Positions 24,211-37,245 of a DNA stretch of 64,000 bases are shown here, piece after piece. Made by a program: the position numbers and the translations under genes. Location of the stretch: assembly GCA_951406725.2 (NCBI GenBank), contig OX597819.1, positions 66,464,001-66,528,000 on the forward strand, in the 5' to 3' direction. The stretch's first letter is position 1. The number at the start of each line of letters is the position of its first letter. The notes under the pieces are model-generated. The model made no database searches. It was not told where the DNA came from and worked only from the letters and a program-made list of their open reading frames with translations. The DNA comes from Octopus vulgaris. Its lineage: Eukaryota.

Positions 24211-25171
24211 GCATACATATCTAACTGTATGTAAGTATGTATGCACGAAGCAATTGGCAAATGCATGCCAAAAAAATAGCTAAAATGACAGGGCTTTCAC
24301 GTTTAACATTATTAAAATAACACGAAACAGAAATAGGGGACAGGAGAGAGAAGCAGAGATAAAACGAAGATAGCACGTGAACCTCATCACTAGCGGGATT
24401 AGGTTTGCATGTTTGAATGGACAGGATTCTCTTTCTCTATCTACATTTATTGGTTTATTATTTGCAGAAGGTTTTTTTTTCCTATTTATATGAATATTTT
24501 GGTATGATGTTTTGAGTATCATAGCTGTGTTAGCTATTTTACGAACATTGACGCATCTATACGTTTGATATGCGACCAGATGCTCATTTCAAAAAGATAA
24601 TCAATTTTAGCGTTGATACATTTCACATATCAACTCTCCAGAACGGATATTTAGTCAGTTAATTACACCGTAGAATGCATTATTTAATTTCAAATTTAAT
24701 ATTTATTAATGTTGTTACAGTTCAATAATCACAGTGTAAATTAAATATTTTAAAAAAAATTTGTCAAATCGTTTTAAAAATTCTTTTTGTAATTAGTTCT
24801 GAGCGAGAGATACATTGCTTAATTACACATAGCGCTAGATTTACAAAGTTCAGATAATTCCGTAACTGTGATATAAACTCGGAAGCGAAATATCGATAGC
24901 GATGCCATCATTTCGGTATTCGACTGCTAAAAATCTGTGATTCCAAGCAAAAGATTGTGCGTCTGCTAATATTTTTTTTTCACAGCTTTGAATCTGCAGG
25001 TGTTTTATCATCCATTCTACAATACTAACAGGAATACGTGTCTACGCTGAAGTCTACTTTGAAAAGGAAACGATGATAGCTTTGAGACACAACATATATA
25101 AATGCAAATACGTATATTTGAATGTATGTATGCACGCACGTATTCGTATATAAATATATATAACACACGTA

Positions 25172-25480
25172 ATGCCATGGTGCTTCAGGAGCTGTTACTA
25201 CAATAGGTTGGGTTTCCGGAACCCATTGCTTTGCTTTTTAATATTCTCCCAAGGAGCCTGAGGGGCCTACACGAAGTGGATGTAGATGTTTTCAAATCAA
25301 AATTGGACCTGATCTGTCGTGAGTGCCAGATCAACCAACCTCGCACCAAGGGGTGCAAATGGGAGTAGCGACATCAAACTTCCTTGTTCACCAAATGCTA
25401 CATCATAGAAGAGGCTCTCAATAATAACAGTTTAGCAAAAGGGCGGCAATCCAGCATAGCCGCAGATCTGAAACTATAAA
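25172..25480 (+). mobile_element. CR1-group LINE 3' fragment (different subfamily)
   Basis: LFNILPRSLRGLHEVDVDVFKSKLDL..VPDQP resembles ALFNI.P..IK....FK.SLD.FL..PD.P of the other copies. Confidence 0.7.
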
Positions 25481-25734
25481 GAAAAACTATAAAAAAATAA
25501 TAATGCCCATATAGCAAAGAGTGGCTTAATGCAAATAGAGATTTATACTATCAGTAAATATATTTTATTTGTATGGCTTAATTTATGAAGCATAGCTGTT
25601 ACAATTTTCTGTTTTAAAGGATTATTTGCGACCAATTTAGAAAGATTTGCATTAAGAGGTGCACACATAAGTACATGGACTTGTTTTTGTACACATGGTG
25701 TATACACACGTAGACATACATCGATAAATATATA

Positions 25735-25951
25735 TTTCTTTATTGCCCACAAGGGGCTAAACATAAAAGGGACAGACAAAGGAATTAAGTCAATTACATA
25801 GTCTCCAGTGCGTAACTGGTACTTAATTTATCGACCCCGAAAGGATGAAAGGCAAAGTCGACCTCGGCGGAATTTGAACTCACAATGTAACGGCAGACGA
25901 AATACGGCTACGCATTTCGCCCGGCGTGCTAACGTTTCTGCCAGTTCGCCG
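25735..25951 (-). mobile_element. SINE family A
   Basis: TCGACCCCGAAAGGATGAAAGGCAAAGTCGACCTCGGCGGAATTTGAACTC. Confidence 0.9.
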
Positions 25952-26149
25952 CATATATATATGTATATATATGTATGTATGTATACATCTTTACAAGCAT
26001 ACATGTATACCTATATACGTATATCTACCAATCTTTTTTCTCTCACCTTCTCCACCTTTCTCTTTCTCTCTCTCTACATATATATTCACATGCACACACA
26101 CACAAATATGTGTGTGTATATATATATATGTATGTGTGTGTGTGTGTGT

Positions 26150-26509
26150 GGAGGCGCAATGACCCAGTGCTTAGGGCAGCAGACTCGCCGTCGTAGGATT
26201 ACGAGCGTTGTGACTGTTTATTAAACGAAAACACCTAAAGTTCCACGAGGCTTCAGCAGGTGCTGCTGCCGAGCTCTGCTGTACTCTTCAACACAACTCT
26301 GTCTCACTCTTTCTTCCTGTTTCTGCTGTACCTGTAATTCAAAGGGCCTGGCTTGTCACATCCTATGTCACGCTGAATATCCCGGAGAAATACGTGAAGT
26401 GTACACATGTGTGTGCAGTGCTCAGCCACTTGCAAGATAATATTACGGGCCGGCTTTTCCGTTGATCGGATCAACTGGAACCCTCGTCGACGAAACCGAC
26501 AGAGTGCCG
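26150..26509 (+). mobile_element. tRNA-derived SINE family B
   Basis: GGAGGCGCAATGACCCAGTGCTTAGGGCAGC head; homologous to 49033-49393 and to the head of 33975. Confidence 0.85.
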
Positions 26510-26654
26510 TAGTGTTTATATATATATATATATAAATTCTTTCTGTACTCTTACGGATATCGTTCTCAAAATTATTCATTAACTATTCATTAACTAATTT
26601 CAAGAAAATTATAATAAACTAAATCAAATTCCTATTGATATATTTGTATACTCC

Positions 26655-27030
26655 TTGCACAAGCCCCGAAATTTTTGGGGAGGTGATCCACTCGATTAGA
26701 TCGACCCCAGTACACAACTGCTAATTAATTTATCGACCCCGAAAGGATGAAAGGCAATGTCGACTTCTGCTGAATTTCAACTCAGAACTTAAAGACAGAC
26801 AAGATACCTATTTCTTTACTACCCACAAGGGGCTAGACACAGAGAGGACACACAAGGACAGACAAACGGATTAAGTCGATTATATCGGCCCAAGTGCGCA
26901 ATTGTACTCAATATATCGACCCCGAAAGGATGGAAGGCAAAATCGACCTCGGCAGAATTTGAACTCAGACGAAATACCGCTAAGCATATCGCTCGGAGTG
27001 TTGACGTTTCTGCCGGCTTGCTACGTTATT
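26655..27030 (-). mobile_element. SINE family A (partial dimer)
   Basis: Two TCGACCCCGAAAGGATG blocks. Confidence 0.85.
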
Positions 27031-28099
27031 CTTATTGATATCGACGTTACCTGTTAACTTCTGAAGTGTATTTCTTGTAAGTGCCCGAGGAAGGATTTGT
27101 AATATATCGTTAGACGGAAAATATGTCTACGAAATTTGCACAAGAATGCTTTAGGCCTTTAGTTAATCTAAATGTCTTATTATAATTTACTCACTTCTAT
27201 TGTATAACGATGTATATATTTGTGTGTGTGTACATGTGAGTGTTTGCTTATATATGCATATTTACTTACATATATATATATATTATACATAAATATATGT
27301 GTATTTATACATACATGCATATGTATATATATATATACAATGCTTATTTCAATTTGCACAAATGTATATGCGTCCATATAAATGTATCCATGCGAATATT
27401 TCTCTGTCAGTGGCTCTGTGTGTGTGTGTGCGTGTGTGTGTGTGTGTGTGTGTGAGAGAGATAGATTTTTCCAGGAAACTATGTGTTTCTGCTGAGCACG
27501 GACCCGATCTAAAGTTTTAAATAATACGCGTAATATTCAAATAATCGATAACCGCCTCTGGTGAAACATTTTGCTCCGTATTTCTTTTTGCTGAAGCTTA
27601 TTTAGTCTTGTATTAGTTCAGCACAAATCCGAACCAAGGCATTCATGCTTTGGAGAATCATAGATTTGGTTTTCCTGATGCTGTATCTCCAGCTTTTCAT
27701 TATGCGACCTATCTTAATATTTGGATGACACAGTGGTATAATTGGAGACATGTGTGGGAGTTGCTACTTCCCTGTTTATGTAATGTCTCTCGGCATATCA
27801 GCTGTGAGATCTCTCTTTCGTGCTACTTATAACATGGAATCCAATACATCCTTTTGCATGGTCGGGTCGTTGGTGACTAAAGCGGCACACCCACTAGACT
27901 TGCTAAACGTAAGGGTGTATCTGGTGTCAGTTTAACGAATATCTAGCAATATCACGAGCCCTTAGAAGACCTGTGAAAGCTAGGAACTCCTTAGATTTGT
28001 TAAGGCATAATACAGTTCTACATTAAGAAATGCAGAATTATGTACATTATTTACATTATTTACATTTGACGGATATTTGTCCTCGTCATGTTTGTTGTA

Positions 28100-28144
28100 A
28101 ACACAACGCTTCGGCTGATATACCCTCCAGCGTTCATCAGGTGT
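28100..28144 (-). ncRNA. Minimal hammerhead motif (GAAA mutated to GAAG)
   Basis: Minus strand reads ACAC-CTGATGA-acGCTG-GAGGGTATAT-CAGCc-GAAG-CG-TT-GTGT. Confidence 0.7.
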
Positions 28145-28193
28145 CTTGGGGGAAATTTCGAACCTGGGTTCTCATTCCTAAGGTATTTTTCGA

Positions 28194-28271
<78 letters not shown>

Positions 28272-28299
28272 CATTATTATTATTATTATTATTATTATT

Positions 28300-28439
28300 G
28301 AGAGAGCAGTGCATGTCATCAAAGTGACACTGGGGTAAAATATACGAAGCTCAGTATACTCATCATGACTACCCGTTTGATAAGGGTAAACAAGGCACAT
28401 GCATCAAATGTGCGCGAGATGGTGATCTCATATCAAGAT
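28300..28439 (-). mobile_element. Truncated copy of the (TAA)n-inserting element at 1846
   Basis: Matches 1850-1995 with a small internal deletion; flanked by (TTA)n. Confidence 0.85.
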
Positions 28440-28449
28440 CATTATTATC

Positions 28450-28561
<112 letters not shown>

Positions 28562-29148
28562 TCACTGCCTGGAAGCGAACTCGGAATCTTGAGGTTAGTA
28601 GCACGAGCTTTTAACCACTATGGCATATACCCGTGGGCGTGTCTCTAGTACTAGTTTCATGCTACGTCTGCTTCAATAATCGGCTTTCATTTGGTCGGGG
28701 AAATCCTACGTGATGTTTTACAATTGACCAATTGACGACAAAATGAGCTGCTACAGATCACACCATCCCAAAGTGTGTATGCATGTGACTGGGGACCACA
28801 GGTGAAGTTGTAAATCTATTGAAACTCCGAACATTAGAGCCAGTTCCACCTCAAATATAAAGTACATACTACTGACATATTAATTGATGGACAAAAAGGT
28901 TTCTTGTTTGGTAATACCTAGTGTTGTTATATATAAGTGCGTCCATGAGTTTCCGTTCAAGTAAGGGCGTTATGCAAATAGTTTCAGATATATTTGATAT
29001 TTGTGAAAATTCATGTAGACTGAAATGGGTACCGAATTTTAATCCATGGTCAGAATAAAATTCTGGCCTCCTCGTTGTTATTTAGCATTTACATCTGTAT
29101 ATAGAATCGCTTCATAATTTTCAAATTTCATTCACTTCAAGTTTGTAT

Positions 29149-29216
<68 letters not shown>

Positions 29217-29548
29217 TGTGTAAGCACACAAACGGCTAGAGGTTGATAGTTGTATTTTACTGTCCTGGGTCATATGTAAATTTCATCGAACATTGCAAAA
29301 GACTGGATCACTAATTCTGTGCAGAAGTGTGTGTCTTGCTTATCCCTTGTTCCTCGATGTCACACACACGTGCGCGTGCAAACACATAGACACAGCCCAA
29401 ATTGCGAGGATAATCTGGTGCTTGACTGCGGAAAGAAAACTTCGAATGACCCATCCTTGTTTTCTTTATATCGTCTATCTGGATGTTTCGTGGTCCCTTT
29501 TTTATATCACCTAGCTGCCCGGATGTTTTGCATTCTTGTCCCATTTTG

Positions 29549-29624
<76 letters not shown>

Positions 29625-29628
<4 letters not shown>

Positions 29629-29812
29629 AGAGTTTACGAAAAAAACAGAAGACGAAGACAGGTGGAGTACAAAACAAACAAATGTATTAGTATAACGCTC
29701 AGAAATAGAAAGTCTTTTACGTTTAGAGCCTACGCTCTTCTACTGAAGGGGACACAGAAAAAAACAAGGAGAGAATGAAATGTGTGTAGTGACTAATGAT
29801 CTATCATGGCGA
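29625..29812 (-). mobile_element. Short PLE-terminal-like element with a decayed HHR (29714-29750)
   Basis: Homologous to 32842-32995. The GAGC-GTAG-GCTC stem is intact and the core is mutated. Confidence 0.7.
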
Positions 29813-29837
29813 CATACACACACACACAAACACACAC

Positions 29838-29906
<69 letters not shown>

Positions 29907-30998
29907 TATAAATATTTACATATGTCTGTATGAGTATATATACATACATGCGTGTGCAGGTATGTCTGTATGCATATATATAGCTTGAACTGCTATAAGT
30001 AATTTTTCTTGTCGTATTCTATTAGATACTCCTCAACAGCAAAACAAATTGGGGCTGGACAGACACTGATACCGGATTTGAACTACTGTGTTCCCCTATA
30101 TTTCATCACCGTATAAACTATTACCTTAAATTGATCTCAAGATATCCTCACAATATATAAATCTGACTCTGTTCCCTGAAGAAGCTAGAAAGGAAGCCAT
30201 TTTTATGCATTAAGTTCACATTGTAGGTTCTTCAATCTATATTTTCTAGGTTCTCAGTGGTTCAAGCGAGACAAATAAAAATATTGTCAGTGCAAGGAAG
30301 CGTATACATTAGCAAAAGAAAAAAAATTACAAGTCTCCAGTAGGCAGTAACAAATCAGTTCATCCATTAATGGGCTCGAAGTAACATCGTCCGTTGCATA
30401 GAAATTCAATCACTTGCTATCGCTAATCAAATATTTTCCCCAATCCACAAAACTGGATTCACATTGTTTTTATTGATCCGGAAATGATGCAAAGCCCAGC
30501 TGAAATGCTTGGGATTAAAATTAGAATGCAGGGTTCCGGAATAAATACCACAAAACACTCTTTGCGACTCTCTATGTTCTGCGAGATATATCTTCCTATA
30601 TAGTTCAGGTATATTATCCAATATATTTATATATATATTATGTCAATTCAATTAGGGTATGTGCGTTGTATTATGTTCGTCTACAGGTATCAGCTAAAAA
30701 GTGCTTTTATTCATTGAGGTTGATCATATCTTTGAATGTGCATCGGGAAACACGTGAATATTCGTAGAATATCCGCAGAGTATACACAAAAATAGGAAGA
30801 AGCGAAAATAGATTCAACAATACAATTGTTTCATCTTCACTTTCTAGTAAATACTTGACGGAATATTGATTGCGAATTTTGGCACGAGGTCTGTGTTTGC
30901 TGGGAAACTGAACCCGGAACAATGCGGTTGCGAAGCTAACACCTTTCTACACAGCCATACATGTATATATTTGTATATTAAATCACTAAAGTCTCGTC

Positions 30999-31064
30999 AT
31001 AGAGTGACAGATTATTTCGCATCCACAAAAGCTACAGCCTTGTGGACGGGTCATCAGATTTTAT
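30999..31064 (-). ncRNA. Hammerhead motif in the 3' UTR of a PLE remnant
   Basis: Minus strand reads ATAAAAT-CTGATGA-cccgTCCACAAGGCT-GT-AGCTTTTGTGGAtgc-GAAA-TAATCTG-TC-ACTCTAT. The core is intact and stems I and III are partly decayed. Confidence 0.65.
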
Positions 31065-31227
31065 ACAAAGACAAATTTAACTCTTCATCTTGCAGAAGCG
31101 GAGAAACGCTACGGTCAAATTGTCAAACGACCACCAAAAGCAAAAACGTTAGTGAGGATGAATTGTCTCCACTGGACTAGCGATTAGTTGGAAGTTGGGA
31201 TCTATTTTGTATGGTCTCTACGAGCCT

Positions 31228-31900
31228 AACCAGCAAACGGAGAATCCCAATTTTGCAGGAGGTAGCGCTTGAAATGGATACACTGTGTGAATAATTCTTT
31301 ATGAATATTCAGCGAGCCAGGCTTAGCATAGCTTTTAAGAATCTTGGCTTGCTCAGCGATGCAGAGCTGGCAGCGCCCGCTCCCATTAATATGGTCGCCT
31401 GGTAGTTCTAGGATCTTCCACTTGATATCATATTTTTTTAATATTAAGAAATCTGGAGAGAATCGGCTACTTAAATGTTATGCCGTAGGTTGAATAAACC
31501 TGTAAGCACCACCCTTAGACAAATAAATATACTGTACACATCTAGTAAAATATTCAGTTTGCGTACACAGGGAAAACCACCACTACGTGTATTTATCACC
31601 TAGGGGCTGGTCAAAAGCGAGCGTTGTGTTGATCACATACTGTTTGTTATACTCTAGGATGTCCGAAGGGTAGTGATTCCCTTTTGATGTATTATAAGCA
31701 AATGAATAAATAACCGCCGATGGATAAATGGCAGTTCATTGCAGCTGTTTCTTGCGCATTTTAATAGATGACTGAATACATGACATCATTGCAAAAAAAC
31801 CGTATTCAACAGATGATACATATAATTATTGCCTTTGATTTGTTTCTCCCGTTCACGGTCAGCTTTGGCTGGATGATGGGCTCGTTCTCTCTGCGTTCAT
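31228..31900 (-). pseudogene. Penelope-like element GIY-YIG endonuclease C-terminal remnant
   Basis: Open frame YDIKWKILELPGDHINGSGRCQLCIAEQAKILKSYAKPGSLNIHKELFTQCIHFKRYLLQNWD (31433-31228) fits the PLE pattern W.IL...C.LC..E..I...LN...E....C.H. The upstream part is decayed. Confidence 0.75.
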
Positions 31901-32800
31901 GGAATGTTCTACTATTATAAAATTATATGTATCATGTGATAGCAAAAAATGCAATATACTTATTCATCTATTAAAAATGCGTAATAAAGAGCTGTAATGA
32001 ACTGACATTTAACCATCGTGTCATTCACCCATTTGCTATGTGTGTGCCCGTGTGTGTGTGTGCGTGTGTGTGTGTGTGTATTTGCGTGCGTGTCTGTGCT
32101 TGTGTGTGTGTGAGCGTGTGTATGTGCGTGCATAAGTGTGTATTTTTACTTGAGTTTTTGGACACAATGCTTGACAAACTATCCTGGTTTGTTTATGTCT
32201 CTGTAACATAGCGGTTCAATGACAGTCATCGACGGAATAATCACCAGGCTTTAAACGAAATAGCTCTAGGCTTGCACTATGTTCGATTACACTTGCCAAT
32301 ACGCTACCTTACATGTGCAACAGTCCTTGATTTAAACAAGCAAAAGATTGTAGACAATTACGCGTAGGGACATATATTTGTGACCCGTCATTTACTCTTC
32401 TACGCATAAACATGATAACAGGGAAATAGATGTTGTTGGAAAATATATAAAAATTGAAAATCAAACTCAGTTTCATACGAATGCAATTCGTAAATCATAG
32501 ACACAGACACAAACAGACAGGTGAACACATAAAGAGATATACGTAATATTTTTAATGGAAAATAAGTATCGTAAAAATTATTCTGTTTAGCTACACTTCA
32601 GACTGTGTACAATGTTACATATAGAAGAAGGATTAATGTAGACAAATAATTGTAAGAATGTATACAGAAAAAATAACTTGAATTATGTTTATATGAAATA
32701 TAATTATAATTTTGTCTGCGATTTTACTAATAACTTTGAGAGGCATAATTTGGTATAATTTCGATATATATATATGTATATATATGCATGTATGTATGTG

Positions 32801-32841
<41 letters not shown>

Positions 32842-32844
<3 letters not shown>

Positions 32845-32995
32845 ACAGGGAGAATTCACAAAAAAGCAAAAGACGAAGTCAGATGGTGCAGACAACAAAC
32901 AGATGTATTAGTTTAACCCCCGGGAAGTGAGAAGTCTTTAACGTTTCGAGCCTACGCTCTTCCACAGAAAGGAACACAGAAAGAAACGGGGAGAG
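32842..32995 (-). mobile_element. Short PLE-terminal-like element with a variant minimal HHR (32936-32971)
   Basis: Minus strand reads CTTT-CTGTGGA-aGAGC-GTAG-GCTC-GAAA-CG-TT-AAAG; 3' end in (TA)n. Confidence 0.75.
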
Positions 32996-33922
32996 ATATA
33001 CATACGTACACATAAGTATATTTTATCATCTTGGAAATAATCTGATAACGTACATTTCAAAGGCTACTATATATGCCATCACTTAACAGGGTTACTGCTG
33101 CTATATGACTGAACGCCATTAGTATACGCAGAAATTATATAAAAGTACATAAAATAAGAAAATGGAACGAACAGGATTTAATCATATATCACAACAGTTG
33201 TTTCTTTGTGATGGTAACAGCGTTTAGTTGGTGAGATTTCTGAACCATATTATTACATAAAATAACATATGAAGTTTCCTTTATGTTGGCTTGAAACGTT
33301 GCGTGATATCCACGCAGTGTAGCTCTGTTTACCGCAACAATACACACAGCAAATTACTATACTAAGAGACCTAGCGCTTCGTGCTTCTATGCTGATGAAG
33401 AATTTCTCTTCCAGGAAAATATAACAATTAAGTAATAGCACCACATAACGCTGAAACAAAAAATAAAGCGAACACACCACCTTGTTTGTCTATCAAAATA
33501 TCAATTTGCTTCGTTACTAAAGTGAATTGACCTGAGTGGCATATATTCCTTAATCTACAATCTTATAAAGAAAATATATCCCAGCTATAAGGTTCAGATT
33601 AGTGCCACTATATACAACATTAAGACAAGATTGCAAGTAAGTGATTGCCATGATATATTTAGGCAATTACAGGGACCAAATCAGACACAACAAATTTATT
33701 TCGGGTCTATGTAACTTCAAGATTCGTTGGCTTCTTTAAGAAACATAACTCGTTCGGCTCACTTATCTGAATCGGCTACCTTAGACCGATAAACTAACTT
33801 TTTCTCTGAAGTCTATGAAACTTTGAGCTGTATGAGGCCGAATCAAACTGTTGTGAGTAATAACATATAATTGTTACTAAATTCGTTCAGTGCCTCTTTC
33901 GATACTTTCTCCACTCACCCGA

Positions 33923-33974
<52 letters not shown>

Positions 33975-33975
<1 letters not shown>

Positions 33976-34267
33976 GAGGCACAATGGCCCAGTGTTTAGG
34001 GCAGCGGACTCGCGGTCGGAGGATCGCGGTTTCGATTCCCAGACCGGACGTTGTAAGTGTTTATTGAGCGAAAACACCTAAAGCTCCACGAGGGTCCGGC
34101 AGGGGGTGGTGGCGACCCCTGCTGTACTCTTTCGCCGCAACTTTCTCCCACTCTTTCTTCTGTTGGCCTGCTCGCTTAACCAGCGGGATGGTGTCATTTG
34201 AAGGCTAAAACAATGCGAAGCGCATTGTGACCAGCGATGTGTAGCAACATCTGATAGCCTGGTTGAT

Positions 34268-34274
<7 letters not shown>
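33975..34274 (+). mobile_element. tRNA-derived SINE, family B head with an alternative tail
   Basis: A-box TGGCCCAGTGTT and B-box GGTTTCGATTCC; diverges from the 26150 and 49033 copies after about 34160. Confidence 0.85.
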
Positions 34275-34308
<34 letters not shown>

Positions 34309-34319
34309 AGTTATACAAC

Positions 34320-34665
34320 GATGCACCAATATGTACTGGGAATAGCAATCGATAATATACATTTTCACTGTCCTCGGTCTGTTAACGGCTAGGCATTCAG
34401 ACGAGTAAATACTGGTACTGGTGTAACGACATTTGAAATTTTGTCTAGGCGAATCTAGCCGATGAGAACTAATCAAATTTACGTTAACAAACGTAATTAT
34501 CCAAAACTGGGTTGTACATTTATTTAATGTTCCTTCAACAGTTAATATGCAATTTTTTATGTTCGCCGCCCGCAAACATCTTTGCCAGTATATATATATG
34601 CAGTGAAGCTCTACTATAGCGTCGTATATTATCGACTGCTATTTCCCATAAATATTGGTGCATTG
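34320..34665. mobile_element. MITE-like element with ~40-bp imperfect inverted repeats
   Basis: ATGCACCAATAT..TGGGAATAGCAATCGATAATATAC versus GTATATTATCGACTGCTATTTCCCA..ATATTGGTGCAT. Confidence 0.6.
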
Positions 34666-34765
34666 TGGTACCAATATCGTATATAGTTATGCTCTATCCT
34701 GATGGTGCTTTGTTTTACTGGGTAGCAATACTACCGTATTGCACTATTTAATAATCTTTGCTTTA

Positions 34766-34862
<97 letters not shown>

Positions 34863-34863
<1 letters not shown>

Positions 34864-35640
34864 TTATAAATTCAATCTAGATATAAGACCACTAATAGGT
34901 AAATCAAACTGTGAAAGACATAAACCAAAACATAAAAATAAATATAATTAATATAATATACAAAATAAATAAAATAAAAATTAAAAACTTAAATTATTTA
35001 AATATAAATCTAAAATTTATATTTATAAATTTTTATATTCTTTAATTTTTAAACTTTTTTATTTTAATTAATTAATTTTTTTTATGCAATCAAAAAGTAT
35101 TTAAAAGTTTAATACAATATAATATTGCGTATGTCGATGTATTCGTAAAGAAAAATACGTATGGATATGTAATATCTGTATATACAGTCTGCGATGAATA
35201 AATTGTTGTCTAAGTCAGTGCTTCTCAAACTACCTGATGTGTCGTACCACCTGAATTTTGTTTCCGGTATATAATTTACTTATTATATTATATAAAACAT
35301 TTTAATAATTTTTGATAGTATAAAAAAAATTAATCAATTACAGAATTAAAAAATTGAAAGTTTAAAAATTTATAAATTTAAAATACAAAAAATAAATGAA
35401 AAATATAAAGATTTGGTATTTTAAATTTAAATAATTTAAATTTTAAACATTATATTTTATTTATTTTGTATTTTATATTAATTATATTAATTTTATGTTT
35501 TGGTTTATGTCTTCCACTGTTTGATTTATCTCATAGTGGTTTTATCTCTAATTTAATTTATATTTATACTGTAAAATTTGATTTAATCCTAAATCTACTT
35601 GTTCTGTGTAAGTTTGGATATACTCCCTAATATAATTAAT
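34863..35640. repeat. Extremely AT-rich imperfect fold-back (arms about 34863-35124 and 35280-35565)
   Basis: For example AAGACATAAACCAAAACATAAAA versus TTTTATGTTTTGGTTTATGTCTT. Confidence 0.8.
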
Positions 35641-35661
35641 ATTATTTTTATTATATATATA

Positions 35662-36058
35662 CTAGCAGTATCGCCCGGCGTTGCTCGGGTTTGTAAGGGA
35701 AATAACTATATAAGCATTTTTAGAGAGTTATAGCCAAAAAATAGGAAAAAATGCATAAAAAATGGAAAAAAAATTAAGGTAAATTTATTTTTAAATCGTT
35801 GACACATCGTAGATATTTTTAGAGAGTTACTTCCCTTATATAATAGCGAAAGAATTGCATTAAAATGGAAAAATATGATGGTAAATTTTTTTTAAATCGT
35901 AGACTCATCGTAGACGCGCGCTAATACCCAGAAGGGCCCGATATGAATCACGACTATAAGATACCCGGTTTTGGTTACACTCCACCGCAAAATGTGGGAG
36001 TAGTTAGGAATCTAAATCGTAGGAGACAGACACACAACTTCACTCTTATATATAAAGA
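35662..36058 (-). mobile_element. Non-autonomous Helitron
   Basis: Minus strand begins A|TCTTTATATATAA and ends with hairpin CCCGAGCAACGCCGGG + CGATACTG-CTAG|T. Confidence 0.85.
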
Positions 36059-36406
36059 TATAAGCCACGTAGTTATATACACATACTTTGTTATATACGC
36101 ATTCTTAAAAGAAAATGTTATTTGAATACAACATTTATAAAGAATAAAATATTTTTTGGTTTTTCTTAATCCTTTCGTTACTATATTTCTGACCAAAATA
36201 CACCCCTTATGTGTTTCAATTAATTTCTAACGTAATCATACATTTAGTCTGGTTTCATTAAACAACTATAACTTTTTTATTTATCAATATATTAATGTGA
36301 TTTGTGGAAGATAATTTAATGAAATGTCCTCAACCAATTCTATACTATAATTTTTGTCACAAAGTGACTCTAATTGCAGGTAGATACAGGTAAATTCAAC
36401 AATATA

Positions 36407-36986
36407 TAAAATTATTAAAATTTTGTTCAAACATCGCTAGAGAAAATGGGTTATTAGCTAATATTCAATTGGGTATACAACAAAATTTTACGATAGAATT
36501 TGTTATTCTGGGTAACTTTCTGTAAAATTATTAAAATTTTGTTCAAACATCGCTATAGAAAATGGGTTATTAGCTAATATTCAATTGGGTATACAACAAA
36601 ATTTTACGATAGAATTTGTTATTCTGGGTAACTTTCTGTAAAATTATTAAAATTTTGTTCAAACATCGCTATAGAAAATGGGTTATTAGCTAATATTCAA
36701 TTGGGTATACAACAAAATTTTACAATAGAATTTGTTATTCTGGGTAACTTTCTGTAAAATTATTAAAATTTTGTTCAAACATCGCTATAGAAAATGGGTT
36801 ATTAGCTAATATTCAATTGGGTATACAACAAAATTTTACAATAGAATTTGTTATTCTGGGTAACTTTCTGTAAAATTATTAAAATTTTGTTCAAACATCG
36901 CTATAGAAAATGGGTTATTAGCTAATATTCAATTGGGTATACAACAAAATTTTACGATAGAATTTGTTATTCTGGGTAACTTTCTG
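36407..36986. repeat. Tandem repeat, 5 x 116 bp
   Basis: Unit starts at 36407, 36523, 36639, 36755 and 36871; copies are nearly identical. Confidence 0.95.
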
Positions 36987-37245
36987 ATACCCATAATAAT
37001 ATTTATGGCAAAATAGGCCTTAATTTCATTTAAGGTTGTGGGAAATAACAAACTATCGTTTCTTTCGTTTTGTTTACGTTTAGCGTAACGTTTCGTTTCT
37101 GCCGTAATGATTTTAAATGGGCTCATTCGAAAAAGTAAATAGAAATAGTGTAAGGCTTTACTCTTCTGGGAAAGTCTGTGGCTTGGTGCAGTTTCTTCAG
37201 AAAAATCACCGAAAGAAACAGTTTTTAAATTTTCACTCCATTCAG
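36968..37245 (-). pseudogene. piggyBac (PGBD-like) transposase N-terminal fragment
   Basis: PEWSENLKTVSFGDFSEETAPSHRLSQKSKALHYFYLLFRMSPFKIITAETKRYAKRKQ...FPTTLNEIKAYFAINIIMGIRKLPRI matches the F..I..ETN.YA...EI.AF..MG..LP pattern. Confidence 0.8.

Noticed and set aside
27600-27990. Possible decayed RLE-LINE C-terminal coding remnant on the minus strand
   Set aside because: There are only vague motif echoes across many stops, which is not enough to call.
33385-33425. CTGATGA...GAAA hammerhead candidate
   Set aside because: I could not form a convincing stem I, stem II closure or cleavage triplet.
33975-34045. Possible tRNA genes (also at 28558, 43167 and 6531)
   Set aside because: A and B boxes are present but no complete cloverleaf is evident, and each continues into a SINE body or microsatellite.
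34863-35640. Mitochondrial control-region insertion (NUMT), suggested by the extreme AT content
   Set aside because: No mitochondrial gene or tRNA was recognised nearby; the fold-back structure and CCCT-type end fit the local repeat superfamily better.
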